A stretch of DNA of 64,000 bases from an uncultured Acidobacteriota bacterium (GCA_963720545.1 OY970399.1:2912001-2976000), one strand, 5' to 3'; positions 52,427-62,339 are shown, numbered from the stretch's first letter. Notes: generated by a model not told the origin, from the letters alone. A program made the numbers and translations.

Positions 52427-53656
52427 GTGCCCCTCCGCCGCGCCGCGCTCGGCTTCATCTTCGTCACCGTCGTCCTCGACATGCTCGCGTTCGGCGTGGC
52501 GGCGCCCGTCCTTCCCAAGCTGGTCGAGACCTTCGAGGGCGGCGACACGGCGCGCGCCGCCGAGATCATCGGCCTGTTCACCACCGCGTGGGCCCTCATG
52601 CAGTTCTTCATGGCGCCCTTTCTCGGCATGCTGTCCGACCGCTTCGGCCGGCGGCCGGTCATCCTGCTCTCGAACTTCGGGCTCGCGGTCGACTACGCCG
52701 TCATGGCGCTGGCGCCGGGGGTCGCGTGGTTGTTCGTGGGCCGCGTGCTCTCCGGCATCACGGCTGCGAGCATCCCGACGGCGAGCGCCTACATCAGCGA
52801 CGTGACCACGCCGGAGAAGCGCGCCGGTGCCTTCGGCATGCTCGGTGCGGCCTTCGGCATCGGCTTCATCCTCGGTCCGGCGCTCGGCGGCTGGCTCGGC
52901 GCCATCAGCCCGCGCCTGCCGTTCTGGGTGGCCGGCAGCTTCAGTTTGTTGAACGGACTCTACGGCCTGCTGGTGCTGCCCGAGTCGCTGCCGCCCGAGA
53001 AGCGCCGCACCGAGCTCGTGTGGCGCAATGCCAACCCGCTGGGCTCCCTGGTGCTCCTGAGGCGCCATGCCGAGCTTGCAGGGCTCGCCACGGTGAACTT
53101 CCTCGGCTATGTCGCCCATGAGGTCTACATCACCGTGTTCGTTCTCTACGTGGGCTACCGCTACGGGTGGAACGCGCGCACCGTGGGCTTCTCCCTCGCC
53201 CTCGTAGGCTTGTCCTCGATGGTGATCTCGGCCGGGGTGGTGGGGCGGGTGGTGGCCTGGGTGGGCGAGCGGCGGGCGATGTTGGCTGGATTACTTTTTG
53301 GCGGATTAGGGTTTGCATTGTTCGGGTTCGCGCCGGTAGGGTGGGTGTTTCTGGCCGCGATCCCCATCAATGCGCTGTGGTCGCTGGCTGGTCCATCATC
53401 CCAATCCCTAATGACCAGACTTGTCTCGCCGTCCGAACAGGGAGAACTGCAGGGCGCCATCGGCGCCGTGCGGAGCCTTGCCATGCTCATCGGGCCGGGC
53501 CTGTTCGCCTTCACCTTCGCGGTCTTCATCGATGCGCGGCGCGTGACGCCGCAGCCGGGCGCCCCCTGGTACCTGGCGTCCTTCATCCTCGCCACCGCGT
53601 TCGTGCTGGCCCGCGCCGTGACGCCCGCGCCGCGGCCGCAGGAGCATCCGGTTTGA
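52427..53656 (+). CDS. TCR/Tet-family MFS efflux transporter
   Basis: 'FIFVTVVLDML', motif A 'GMLSDRFGRRPV', 'AYISDVT.PEKRA..FG', 'GFILGPALGG', 'EQGELQGA'. Confidence 0.88.
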   Translation: MPLRRAALGFIFVTVVLDMLAFGVAAPVLPKLVETFEGGDTARAAEIIGLFTTAWALMQFFMAPFLGMLSDRFGRRPVILLSNFGLAVDYAVMALAPGVAWLFVGRVLSGITAASIPTASAYISDVTTPEKRAGAFGMLGAAFGIGFILGPALGGWLGAISPRLPFWVAGSFSLLNGLYGLLVLPESLPPEKRRTELVWRNANPLGSLVLLRRHAELAGLATVNFLGYVAHEVYITVFVLYVGYRYGWNARTVGFSLALVGLSSMVISAGVVGRVVAWVGERRAMLAGLLFGGLGFALFGFAPVGWVFLAAIPINALWSLAGPSSQSLMTRLVSPSEQGELQGAIGAVRSLAMLIGPGLFAFTFAVFIDARRVTPQPGAPWYLASFILATAFVLARAVTPAPRPQEHPV

Positions 53657-54330
53657 GACTTCGCGGCCGGGTCCTGCTGGCGGGCGTCGCCCTGCTGAGC
53701 GTCGCCATCGTCCCAGGGAACCCCGCCGCGGTCGCGGCAGAGTCCTCCGAATCAGGAAGCTGGGCGGCGTCCCGCTCCTTCCTCGGCATCGTCGGTGGGC
53801 CGAACGCCCTGGCACTGCAGGCCGGGCTTGCGGCGTACCAGCGCGCCCTGCGCCAGGGACTGGTCAGCAATCCGGACGTGCTGACCATCATCGACTACAC
53901 GCTGCCGTCGGTCGATCGCCGGCTATGGGTGCTCGACATGCGCGCCGGTGCCGTGCTTTACCGTGAGCTGGTCGCGCACGGCAGGGGCAGCGGCGGCAAC
54001 CTCGCCACGTCGTTCGGCAACACGCCCGAGACTTACAAGTCGAGCCTCGGCCTGTTCGTCACCGAGTCGCCCTACACGGGCCAGAACGGCTACTCCCTGC
54101 GGCTCGAAGGGCTCGAGCACGGCATCAACGACAACGCCTGGTCGCGCGCCATCGTCATTCACGGCGCCCCATACGTGAACCCGAAGATCGCGAGCCACTT
54201 CGGCCGTCTCGGCCGCAGCCTCGGCTGCCCTGCCGTGCGCCCCACGGTTGCCCGCTCGCTCATCGACACGATCAAGGGCGGCAGCGTCGTCTACGCCTAC
54301 GGCCCCCGCGACCAGCGCACGCACCGCTAG
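53653..54330 (+). CDS. murein L,D-transpeptidase catalytic domain (YkuD_2-like) protein
   Basis: 'IIDYTLPS..RLWV.D', 'VAHGRGSG', 'SSLGLF.T', 'NDNA..RAIVIHGA.YV', 'LGRSLGCPAV'; TTGA overlap with MFS stop. Confidence 0.88.
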   Translation: MRLRGRVLLAGVALLSVAIVPGNPAAVAAESSESGSWAASRSFLGIVGGPNALALQAGLAAYQRALRQGLVSNPDVLTIIDYTLPSVDRRLWVLDMRAGAVLYRELVAHGRGSGGNLATSFGNTPETYKSSLGLFVTESPYTGQNGYSLRLEGLEHGINDNAWSRAIVIHGAPYVNPKIASHFGRLGRSLGCPAVRPTVARSLIDTIKGGSVVYAYGPRDQRTHR

Positions 54331-54346
54331 CCGCCTGGCGCGTTAA

Positions 54347-56434
54347 CTAGCGGGGCGGCTTCGCGGGCCCCGCAGCCTCCGCGCGCCGCGACCACGCCGC
54401 AGCACCTTCGTTGTCGCCCATGAAGCGCAGCGTCTTAGCGGCGAGGTCCATGGTCTCGCGGCCGGGGCTCACCGTCGTCATGCGCTCGAGAAGCGCGCTG
54501 ATTTCCTGCGGCGAACGGCCCTGGATTCCCATCAGCACCGCGAGACTCGCGTACGCCTGGGTGTTCGCGGGAAATGCGGCGATCTCCTCGCCGAACGCCT
54601 TCTCGGCCTCGGCGTAGCGGCCCAGCCGCGCCAGCACGTCGGCGCGTTGATACGAGAGGCCGGGAACCGGTGCGCCCCTGCGCGCCTGCAGCGCCTGCTG
54701 CGCGCTATCGAGTGCCGCGAGCGCAGCCGGTATGTCTCGGCGCGCGATCAGCGTGCGCGCCAGCAGCTGGTTGGCGCGCACCGGGTCCAGCTTCATCGCG
54801 GCGCGGGCGTTCGCCTCGGCCTCCGCCGGGCGGCCGCGCTTCAGCTCGAGGTCGCCGAGCGACAGGGCCACGAGCCCCGCCATGCTCGGCGAGAGGCGCA
54901 TCGCCTTCTGGTATTCCGTCGCTGCCTGGTCGAGCTTGCCCTGCCGGTTGAGGATCGCGGCCAGTTCCCATTGTGCGTCGAAGGACGCGGGATTCTTTGC
55001 CAGCACGCGGCGAAACGCGGCCACCGCCGGCTCGTGCCGGCCTTCGCGAGCGAGGCGGAACGCACCGCGCATTTCCTCGTAGTCGGGAATCTTGTCCTGC
55101 GGGTTGGGGAGCGCCGCGCCCGCGGCCGGTTCGGGCGCCGAGCCGGTTCCGCCGGCGAGATAGCCGAGCGCCTTCAGGCGTTCCGCGGCCTCGGGATCGA
55201 TGCTGCTCGGTGCGCTGAAGGAATCGGCGTAACCCCGCAGCGTGCGCCGCATGGCCTCGGCCACCGAGGCGCGCGTGGCGGCGAGGTTGTCCTTTTCCGC
55301 GGGATCGCGAACGATGTCGTAGAGCTCGGGGCGCGGCGCCTCGATCCAGTGATACTGGTCGTCGATCAGCGAGCGCAGGTCGCTCCAGCCGAACGCGATG
55401 CGCGGATAGTACGTTTCGCCGTAGATCCCGCGGGCTTGCGCCGCAGCCGGCGTGCCGTCGGCACCGGTGAGCGGCTGGCCAGCAACGTCCGCGGCCTCGA
55501 AGCCGAGGAGCCGTGCGGTGGTTGGCACGATGTCGACGAGTGCCACCGGGCGCTTGACGCGGGTAGCGCCCTGCGCGGCGCCGGGGAGCTTGAGCAGCAG
55601 CGGCACGTGCAGCATCTCGCGGTGCAGCAGGATGCCGTGTTCTTCCTCACCGTGGTCGCCCAGGCCCTCGCCATGATCGCTGACCAGGAACAGCAGGGCG
55701 CGGTCGTAAATGCCTTCGCTGCGCAGGGCTGCGATGAACTCGCCCACGATGGCGTCGCTGGCGGCGATCTCGCCGTCGTAAGTGGCACCGTAGCGGCCGC
55801 GGAACGGCTCGGGCGGCAGGTAGGGAAAGTGCGGTTCGTAAACGTGCAGGAACAGGAAGAACGGCTGCGCCTTCACGCCGCGCACCCAGTCGAGCGCGCG
55901 CCGCATCGTCGCCATCCCGGGGCGCTGCACGGCGCCCGCGGCCTCGGCGCCCTCCGTGGGGTTGCCGACGCGGTCGTCGAAGAAGTCCATCGAGTCGGCG
56001 ATGCCGGTGCCTGCGTTCAACACGTACGCCGAGATGGCGCCGCCGGTGGCGTAGCCGCGCGCCTTCAGCAGCTTCTGCAGCGTGGCGTGCCTGCCGGCGT
56101 CGAAGTGGTAGCCGAGGTTGTTGCGGACGCCGTGGGCAGGCGGGTTGAGCCCGGTGAGCAGCGAGACGTGCGAAGGAAAAGTGAGCGGCGCGGCTGCGTA
56201 GGCATTCTCGAAGAGGATCGCGTCGCGGGCCAGCGCGTCGATCGCCGGTGTCGCGACGGCGGTGTAGCCGTATGACGGCAGGTGGTCGGCGCGCAGCGTG
56301 TCGATCGAAACGATGATGACCGGTGCGCCGCTGAAGCCGGCGGACTTAGCCGCGGGTGCGGGCTTGCGGGTGCAGCCGGTGCCGAGCGCCAGCAGGACGC
56401 CGGCAAAAAGCCAGGCGTCCCGGCGCCGCCTCAC
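54347..56434 (-). CDS. sulfatase-like hydrolase/transferase lipoprotein with TPRs
   Basis: Lipobox-like 'LGTGC'; 'VSIDTLRADHL', 'PLTFPSH.SLLTG', 'HVYEPH', 'SDHGEGLGDHGEEEHG'; GTGA overlap with VWA gene stop. Confidence 0.85.
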   Translation of the reverse strand: MRRRRDAWLFAGVLLALGTGCTRKPAPAAKSAGFSGAPVIIVSIDTLRADHLPSYGYTAVATPAIDALARDAILFENAYAAAPLTFPSHVSLLTGLNPPAHGVRNNLGYHFDAGRHATLQKLLKARGYATGGAISAYVLNAGTGIADSMDFFDDRVGNPTEGAEAAGAVQRPGMATMRRALDWVRGVKAQPFFLFLHVYEPHFPYLPPEPFRGRYGATYDGEIAASDAIVGEFIAALRSEGIYDRALLFLVSDHGEGLGDHGEEEHGILLHREMLHVPLLLKLPGAAQGATRVKRPVALVDIVPTTARLLGFEAADVAGQPLTGADGTPAAAQARGIYGETYYPRIAFGWSDLRSLIDDQYHWIEAPRPELYDIVRDPAEKDNLAATRASVAEAMRRTLRGYADSFSAPSSIDPEAAERLKALGYLAGGTGSAPEPAAGAALPNPQDKIPDYEEMRGAFRLAREGRHEPAVAAFRRVLAKNPASFDAQWELAAILNRQGKLDQAATEYQKAMRLSPSMAGLVALSLGDLELKRGRPAEAEANARAAMKLDPVRANQLLARTLIARRDIPAALAALDSAQQALQARRGAPVPGLSYQRADVLARLGRYAEAEKAFGEEIAAFPANTQAYASLAVLMGIQGRSPQEISALLERMTTVSPGRETMDLAAKTLRFMGDNEGAAAWSRRAEAAGPAKPPR

Positions 56435-58548
56435 TCGATGCGCACCATCCGGAAGCTCTCGCTGGTGCGGCCGGAGTCGGCGTCGCGCACGCGCGCCCGC
56501 AGCGTGTACTCGCCCGGCGCGACCCCGTTCGGCGTCAGGTCGAGGACGAACCATCGATAGCCATTGGCCGCGAAGCTGCGGACGATGTCGACAGTGGTCG
56601 CGGGCAGCACCGTCCCCGACGCGTCGACGAACTCCGGCACGATCTCGAACGCCGCACCGGGGTCGTATCCACGGCCCCCATCATAGGCGAGGAGGCAGAG
56701 CCGCTCCTTGCGGCCGTTGGCGAACCGCGGGTTGTTCTGCGGCGCGAACGCCTCCTTCGCCACCACGAACGGCGACGCCTGGCTGGTGGTCGCCTGCGAG
56801 CGCGCGTGCAGGATGAGCCGGTCGTCGGTGCCGGCCATGACCATCGGCGGCAGCAGCGACAGGCCGGCGGTCTCGAACGAGGGCATAGTCACCTGCAGCC
56901 AGGCAGTGCCGGAGCGGCCGCTTTGCCCGTCGCGCACCAGGAAGCGCAGGTCGTACTTGCCGGCCGGCAGCGTGAACATCAGCTGGCACTGCACCGCGTT
57001 GCGCAGCCGCGACTCGAGCTGCGCGATGTCGAGGTTCGCCACCATGCCGATGGTGTCGACGACGCTGCCCTGCGGATCGAGGGCGTAGCCGTAGATCTCG
57101 AGACTCCTGGCTTTGTCCTTGCGGTCGCCGAACAGCGACTTCGAGTCGACGTCGAGCACCACCGAGAGGAGCGGCGCATTGGCGGCGGCGCGGTAGGGAA
57201 GGGCCTGTGCCGCGACCGCGAGCTCGCCGCGATCGACGCCCTTGGCGATGATCTCCGCCGCCTCGAATTCGCGCGCCAGAGGCGTCATCGCCTCATAGGG
57301 CTGCCGCTCGAAGTAGCCGCTGCGGTAGGCGACGCGCGCGTCCTTGCGGTTCACGCGCACCTTCAGCTTGTGATAACGCCCGGGCTTGGAGAGCGAGGTC
57401 GGCTCGAAGGCGATGAGGTAGTAGTAGCGGCTCATCTCCAGCACTTCGTCGAGCGCCACCTTCGGATCGTTCGTGTCCTTGAACAGCCGGCCGCCGGTTA
57501 TGTTGGCGATGCGCGCGAGCGACTCGCGGCCGCCAACCGGCCGCTGCGTCTCGGTTGTTTGCTGTGTCAGGTCGCCGCGGGCTCGCAGCCCGCCGAGGTC
57601 GACGGGGTGTACGACCGCGTCGGCGCGGGCGAACGACTTCAGCGCCTCCTCCATCTGCCACCTGACGTTCGAGTCGCCGAAGCGGTCGTCGGAGGTGACC
57701 TCCCAGACGCGACCCCGCAGCGTCGCCTCGCTGTCCTGCGCAGCGGTCTTGCCCTGGTTGCCGACCAGTGTCTGCTCGTCGAACCCGGAAGAGAAGAGGA
57801 TCACCTGCTTGCGTCCCTGAACCGCCCCCAGGCCCTGGGCGAGATTGCCGAGAGCGGCCACGAAGTTGAGGACCTGGTCGCCATAGCCGATGCGCTCGCC
57901 GCGCTGGTAGAGCACCATCAGCTGGCGCCCGTCCTCGCTGCCGGGGCCGCGCTCCGCGCGCACCGTGTCGGAAAGCAGCGAGCCGAGGTCGCGCAGGTCG
58001 TAGGTGAGCCCGAGCGGATCGGCGCGCCGGTCCTGCGCCAGCGTGCCCAGCGTGTTCACCGCGCGGCGCGCCTGGTTGCGGTCGGCGGTGAAATTGACGA
58101 GCGTGCGCATGCCGTAGAGGTTCGAGTAGATCGCCACCGCGACCAGGTCGGACGGCGCCAGCCGGTTCGCGAGGAAATCGAGACCCGCTTCGCGGGCCCT
58201 GGACAAGCCCTGGATGCCGGTGAAGGAAGCGTCGAAGAGGAGCAGGAACTGGCGGCGCGCCGCCGGCGCGTCCTGCACCTTCTCCGCCATCTCCGGATCG
58301 TTGGCGTCGAACGCGCTGAAGCCGACGATCGTCGCCGGCTTGCCGTCGTCCTCCACGACGAAATCCGCGGCCGTGAGCCCCGCGAGCGCCTTGCCTTGCT
58401 CGTCGGTGACGAACACCGGCAGGCTCGCGAGCGTGACGCCGGCGCCGAACGTCGGCACCTTGTCCCCTGGTGCCTGCTCCGCGGGCGCAGCGTAGGGCGA
58501 CGACACCAGCAGCAGCAGGGCGCAGGCACGAAGCGAATGCGGTCTCAT
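56431..58548 (-). CDS. VWA-related acidobacterial-type secreted protein
   Basis: Signal peptide; 'PTF...V....VFVTDEQGK...GLT..DF.V.DDG.P', 'GRKQVILFSSG', 'TGG', 'YYLIAF.P', 'YRSGY'. Confidence 0.8.
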   Translation of the reverse strand: MRPHSLRACALLLLVSSPYAAPAEQAPGDKVPTFGAGVTLASLPVFVTDEQGKALAGLTAADFVVEDDGKPATIVGFSAFDANDPEMAEKVQDAPAARRQFLLLFDASFTGIQGLSRAREAGLDFLANRLAPSDLVAVAIYSNLYGMRTLVNFTADRNQARRAVNTLGTLAQDRRADPLGLTYDLRDLGSLLSDTVRAERGPGSEDGRQLMVLYQRGERIGYGDQVLNFVAALGNLAQGLGAVQGRKQVILFSSGFDEQTLVGNQGKTAAQDSEATLRGRVWEVTSDDRFGDSNVRWQMEEALKSFARADAVVHPVDLGGLRARGDLTQQTTETQRPVGGRESLARIANITGGRLFKDTNDPKVALDEVLEMSRYYYLIAFEPTSLSKPGRYHKLKVRVNRKDARVAYRSGYFERQPYEAMTPLAREFEAAEIIAKGVDRGELAVAAQALPYRAAANAPLLSVVLDVDSKSLFGDRKDKARSLEIYGYALDPQGSVVDTIGMVANLDIAQLESRLRNAVQCQLMFTLPAGKYDLRFLVRDGQSGRSGTAWLQVTMPSFETAGLSLLPPMVMAGTDDRLILHARSQATTSQASPFVVAKEAFAPQNNPRFANGRKERLCLLAYDGGRGYDPGAAFEIVPEFVDASGTVLPATTVDIVRSFAANGYRWFVLDLTPNGVAPGEYTLRARVRDADSGRTSESFRMVRIE

Positions 58549-58568
58549 GTCGGCCTCTTCCTTCAGCG

Positions 58569-58610
58569 AAAAAGAAAACGGCGCGGCCCCATTATGGCGG
58601 AGCCGCGCCG
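58569..58610 (-). terminator. intrinsic terminator after TonB-dependent receptor 1
   Basis: Minus-strand RNA CGGCGCGGCUCC-loop-GGGGCCGCGCCG followed by UUUUCUUUUU. Confidence 0.75.
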
Positions 58611-58639
58611 CAGCGACTAAGTACGAAAGACGACCCGGC

Positions 58640-61534
58640 CTAGAAGCTGAGTCGCAGCCCGAAGCGGATGAGCCGCGGGTTGGGGATTTCCTCGATGCGG
58701 TTGAACGCGCTGGAGTCAGCCGAGTCGGTCTGGCGCAGCGTGGTGTTCGTGTTGAGGACGTTGAACGCATCGGCGGTGATCGCCGCCTTGAACCGGCCGC
58801 TCAGGTTGAAGTTCTTGGCCAGGCGCAAGTCGAGGTTCCAGATGTTGGGCAGCCGGTTGTCCCCGATGGGCGCCGCCAGGACGGTATCGGCGAAGGTGTT
58901 GTTGAGCGTGAAGTTGATCGGCCGGACGTAGCCGTCACGTGCGTACAGGTTGGCGGCAACGTCGAAGCCCTTGGGCAGCTGATAAAGCGCGTTGGCGGAT
59001 GCCTGCCACTTGCCGCTGACCCAGTAAAGCGTGCCGGAGCCGGTGCTGAAGACGGCAATCTGGCCGCCGTTCTGCTTGGCGTCGGTGACGATCTCGCCAC
59101 CGCCGTTGTAGCCGTATGAGTCGTAGAGAGTCGCGTTCGGGTTCTGGATGCCGCCATTGCCACTGAAGTGCTCGGTCCAGTCGTTGTAGGAGAACGACGC
59201 GCGCGCCATCCACTTGTTGGCCAGCCGCTTCACGCCGGTGAACTCGAAACCACTGTAGTGGCGGGTGTAGTCCGGACGGTTGGTCAGGTTCAGCCCGCCG
59301 CCGTTGGCGCCGAGCGCGGCCTGGTTCTCTGGTCCGATGTCCTGGCAGGGGGCCGAGAAGCCGTTGCCGGAAGCGCCTTCGCAGGGAACCCAGTCGGTGC
59401 CGTTGACGCCGATGAACGGCGCGTACGGAACGTTGTTGGTGCGGCGGAAGGTGTAGTTGGCCGAGATCGCGAGGTTGGGGATCAGCTCGCGGTCGAAGCC
59501 GACGATGAACTCGTTGTCCTTGCGCGCCTTGAGGTCGGGGTCGATGCGGTTGACCGTCGACGGTGTGATGTTGGCTGCACGGCCGCCGTAGTTGCCATCG
59601 CCGCTGAGGTCCACTTCTTCGCGCTGCACGACCTGGTCGTTGTTCGCGTCGTTCCACGGGTAGAACAACACGCCGACGCGGCCCACCGGGTTCACGAACG
59701 AGGCGACGTCCGCGAACGCCAGCTGGTCGGCAAACACCGACCACGATGCGCGCAGGATGGTCTTGCGCGAATCGTCGAGCGCATACGTGAGGCCGATGCG
59801 CGGCGACACGTTGCTGAGCGAGATGTTCGAGTCGGGGCTGCCGTCGAACTGCAGGGCCGGGAGGAGTTCCGGGAAGAGCGCGTTGGCACGCGCCGCGGTG
59901 GCGCTGTTGACCGCCTTCTGCCGGTCGAGACGGACGCCCGCGTTGATGGTCAGGCGGTTCTTCGTGTAGGTGTCGCCGATGTAGCCAGAGGCGTAGTGGC
60001 CGCTGTAACCGAGCACCGCTTCGCGACGGATGGTCGCGAAGTTGCCAAAGGTCGGGCTCAGGGTGCCGCGCACCTGGCTGCCGCTCGGCACGCTGCTGCT
60101 GACGACCGTGGCCTTGCGGTAGCCGAAGCCGAACTTCAGCTCATGGTTGCCCATGAAGTAGTTGAAGTCGCCGTTGTAGGTGCTCGACGGGCGCACGCTC
60201 AGGAACGAGGTCGAGGCGCCGTGCGACACCGCATCGATCAGGTCGACGTACTCCTGACCGTCGGTGCCGCCCGCAGGGACAAGGCCGAAGCCCTGGTCGT
60301 AGTGCGAATACTTGAGGTTGGCGACGAAGTTCGGGTTGAAGACGTGGTTCAGTTCGCCCTTGATCAGGCCGTGCAGCTTGCCGTTGAAGGCGCCCGCCTG
60401 GTTGCGGCTGTGGCTTGCATCCTCCGCGGAAGTGCCCGCGACCGCGGCCGGACGGCCGAACTTCTGCTTCACACCCTGGAAGTAGAACACCGAGAACATG
60501 TCGGAGCCGGTGGCCTGCCAGTTGACCTTGGCGTTGTAGTCCTTCAGCAGGGTCTTGTCCGGGTTCTGATTGAACTTGCGGATGCGGATGTCCTGCTTGC
60601 CGTAGGCGCCCCAGAACCAGAGCTTGTCCTTGACCAGCGGGCCGCCGAGGTCGGCGCCGTAGTCGGAGATCTGGTCGGCGTGGTCGGCCTTGGTGCCGTC
60701 GCCGCCATTCAGGAACAGGCGCGGATCGCCCTCCAACGCGCTCGGGATGTTGCTCGACTCGAGCTTGTGGCTGGTGTAGAAGCCGCGCACGCCGCCGTGC
60801 AGCTCGTTGGTGCCGCGCTTGGTGACGAGGTTGATGCCGACGCCGCCGGTGCCGACCTTGATGTCGGCGCCGCCGGTCGTGACCGAGACCTCATCGAACG
60901 AGTCGAAGTCGAAATAGCTCGGGCTCGCGCCCGCGGCTGCCGGGTCGGTGATGGTGACGCCGTCGAGCACCCACATGGAGCTCATCTGGCTCGAACCCTT
61001 GCCGACGTAGCCCGACTGCTGGCCGCTCTGGGTGCCGGCCTGGTTGAGGCGGTCGAGCTGCACGCCGGGAACCTGGCGCAGCACGGCCCAGGGATCGCGC
61101 GAGTTCGGAATCTGCGACAGTTCCTCGCGGCTCAGGGTGGTGCCCGTGCCGGTCTTCTTGACGTCGACGATCGGCGTCTCCGCGGTGACGACCACGGTTT
61201 CCTCGACGCCGGCCACCTTCATGCTGAAGGGCACCGTAAGGCTCGAGCCGATGTTGACGCGCACGTCGCGGGTGACGGTGGCAAAGCCGGAGAGGCCGAC
61301 CGCGAGCTTGTAGGCGCCCGGGTCGAGGTTCACGAAGCGGAACTCACCGTTGCTTCCGGTGGTGGAGGTGCGCGGGGCGATGACGTCGCCGGTCAGCGTA
61401 ACGGTCGCTCCGGGCAGCACCGATCCCGACGCATCGGCAACGCTTCCGTAGATGTTGCCGGTGGATGTCTGGGCATAAAGGCCGGGCACGAGGGCCAACA
61501 TCATGGCCAGCGCCAAGCCGAGTTTTGTTCTCAT
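58640..61534 (-). CDS. Oar-like TonB-dependent receptor with N-terminal carboxypeptidase-regulatory-like domain
   Basis: Signal peptide; 'TGNIYGSV.DASG.VLPGATV', 'ETVVVTAETP', 'INLVTKRGTN', 'GGPLVKDKLWF'; C-terminal 'RFGLRLSF'; AAGGAG RBS. Confidence 0.9.
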   Translation of the reverse strand: MRTKLGLALAMMLALVPGLYAQTSTGNIYGSVADASGSVLPGATVTLTGDVIAPRTSTTGSNGEFRFVNLDPGAYKLAVGLSGFATVTRDVRVNIGSSLTVPFSMKVAGVEETVVVTAETPIVDVKKTGTGTTLSREELSQIPNSRDPWAVLRQVPGVQLDRLNQAGTQSGQQSGYVGKGSSQMSSMWVLDGVTITDPAAAGASPSYFDFDSFDEVSVTTGGADIKVGTGGVGINLVTKRGTNELHGGVRGFYTSHKLESSNIPSALEGDPRLFLNGGDGTKADHADQISDYGADLGGPLVKDKLWFWGAYGKQDIRIRKFNQNPDKTLLKDYNAKVNWQATGSDMFSVFYFQGVKQKFGRPAAVAGTSAEDASHSRNQAGAFNGKLHGLIKGELNHVFNPNFVANLKYSHYDQGFGLVPAGGTDGQEYVDLIDAVSHGASTSFLSVRPSSTYNGDFNYFMGNHELKFGFGYRKATVVSSSVPSGSQVRGTLSPTFGNFATIRREAVLGYSGHYASGYIGDTYTKNRLTINAGVRLDRQKAVNSATAARANALFPELLPALQFDGSPDSNISLSNVSPRIGLTYALDDSRKTILRASWSVFADQLAFADVASFVNPVGRVGVLFYPWNDANNDQVVQREEVDLSGDGNYGGRAANITPSTVNRIDPDLKARKDNEFIVGFDRELIPNLAISANYTFRRTNNVPYAPFIGVNGTDWVPCEGASGNGFSAPCQDIGPENQAALGANGGGLNLTNRPDYTRHYSGFEFTGVKRLANKWMARASFSYNDWTEHFSGNGGIQNPNATLYDSYGYNGGGEIVTDAKQNGGQIAVFSTGSGTLYWVSGKWQASANALYQLPKGFDVAANLYARDGYVRPINFTLNNTFADTVLAAPIGDNRLPNIWNLDLRLAKNFNLSGRFKAAITADAFNVLNTNTTLRQTDSADSSAFNRIEEIPNPRLIRFGLRLSF

Positions 61535-61595
61535 CAGCCGATCTCTCCTTCTAAGAGGGAAGCGCTCGCTGCGCTTCTTCGAGTCCTTCTAGAAG

Positions 61596-61610
61596 GCAAT
61601 TGCGAGGCCA
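61596..61610 (-). promoter_or_regulatory. candidate sigma54 (-24/-12) promoter for TonB-dependent receptor 1
   Basis: Minus strand TGGCCTCGCAATTGC has the GG-N10-GC spacing of TGGCACG-N4-TTGC, about 60 bp upstream of the ATG. Confidence 0.65.
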
Positions 61611-61811
61611 ACGGCTTGAAACCCGTAACGGTTTTTAACGCAGCGAGTTAAGTCGCATTCAGCATGCTGAATACAGCGTGAATTCACATCGTCGTACGCT
61701 TGACTCTCCGGCGCGCCGGATTAATGCGCAACGAGTTGAAGATATTCAAATTCGCGCACGCCAGCATTGGCCGTGCGGAGCGCGATGCTAGCCTCGTCGC
61801 TGGAGGCACTC

Positions 61812-62339
61812 TTGGACTTCGGCCGCGTGCTGCGTCTCGTCGGTGACCACCTCACCGCGAGCGGCAGCGATTGGGCGATCATCGGCGGCTTCGCCATGCA
61901 GGCTCATGGGAATTCACGCAACACGATCGACCTTGATTTTCTCGTGCCCGAAGAACAGCAGCCGCGCCTCGTCGCCTTTCTCGAACAGTCCGGGTACGAA
62001 ACGCTGCACCTTTCGGCAGGTTTCTCCAACCACCTCCACCCGGATGACGCGCTGGGCCGAGTCGACATCGCCTACGTCGACCGACCGACAGCAAGGAACC
62101 TGTTCGGCGCCGCGGTGGCCAAGGAAGTCGGCGGCGCGCGCGTTCTCGTGCCGAAGCCCGAGCATCTCATCGCCATGAAGCTCCACGCCCTGAAGAGCGA
62201 TCCGCGCCGGATCGATCGCGACACCGCCGATATCGTGGACCTGCTCCGCGTGCCCGGAATCGATCGCGACGAAGTGCGTTCATACTTCAAGCGGTACGCC
62301 ATGGAGGAGAAATTTGAAGAGCTCATCAGGCGAGCCTGA
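61812..62339 (+). CDS. DNA polymerase beta-superfamily nucleotidyltransferase (AbiEii/DUF6036-like)
   Basis: 'AIIGGFAM..HG..RNT.DLDF', 'VDI', 'LIAMKL', 'DTADI'; GGAGG RBS before TTG 61812. Confidence 0.75.
   Translation: MDFGRVLRLVGDHLTASGSDWAIIGGFAMQAHGNSRNTIDLDFLVPEEQQPRLVAFLEQSGYETLHLSAGFSNHLHPDDALGRVDIAYVDRPTARNLFGAAVAKEVGGARVLVPKPEHLIAMKLHALKSDPRRIDRDTADIVDLLRVPGIDRDEVRSYFKRYAMEEKFEELIRRA

Noticed and set aside
52427..53656. Acquired tetracycline resistance gene tetA
   Set aside because: Tet-like MFS family only; no tetR, no mobile-element context, and mostly host-like codon usage
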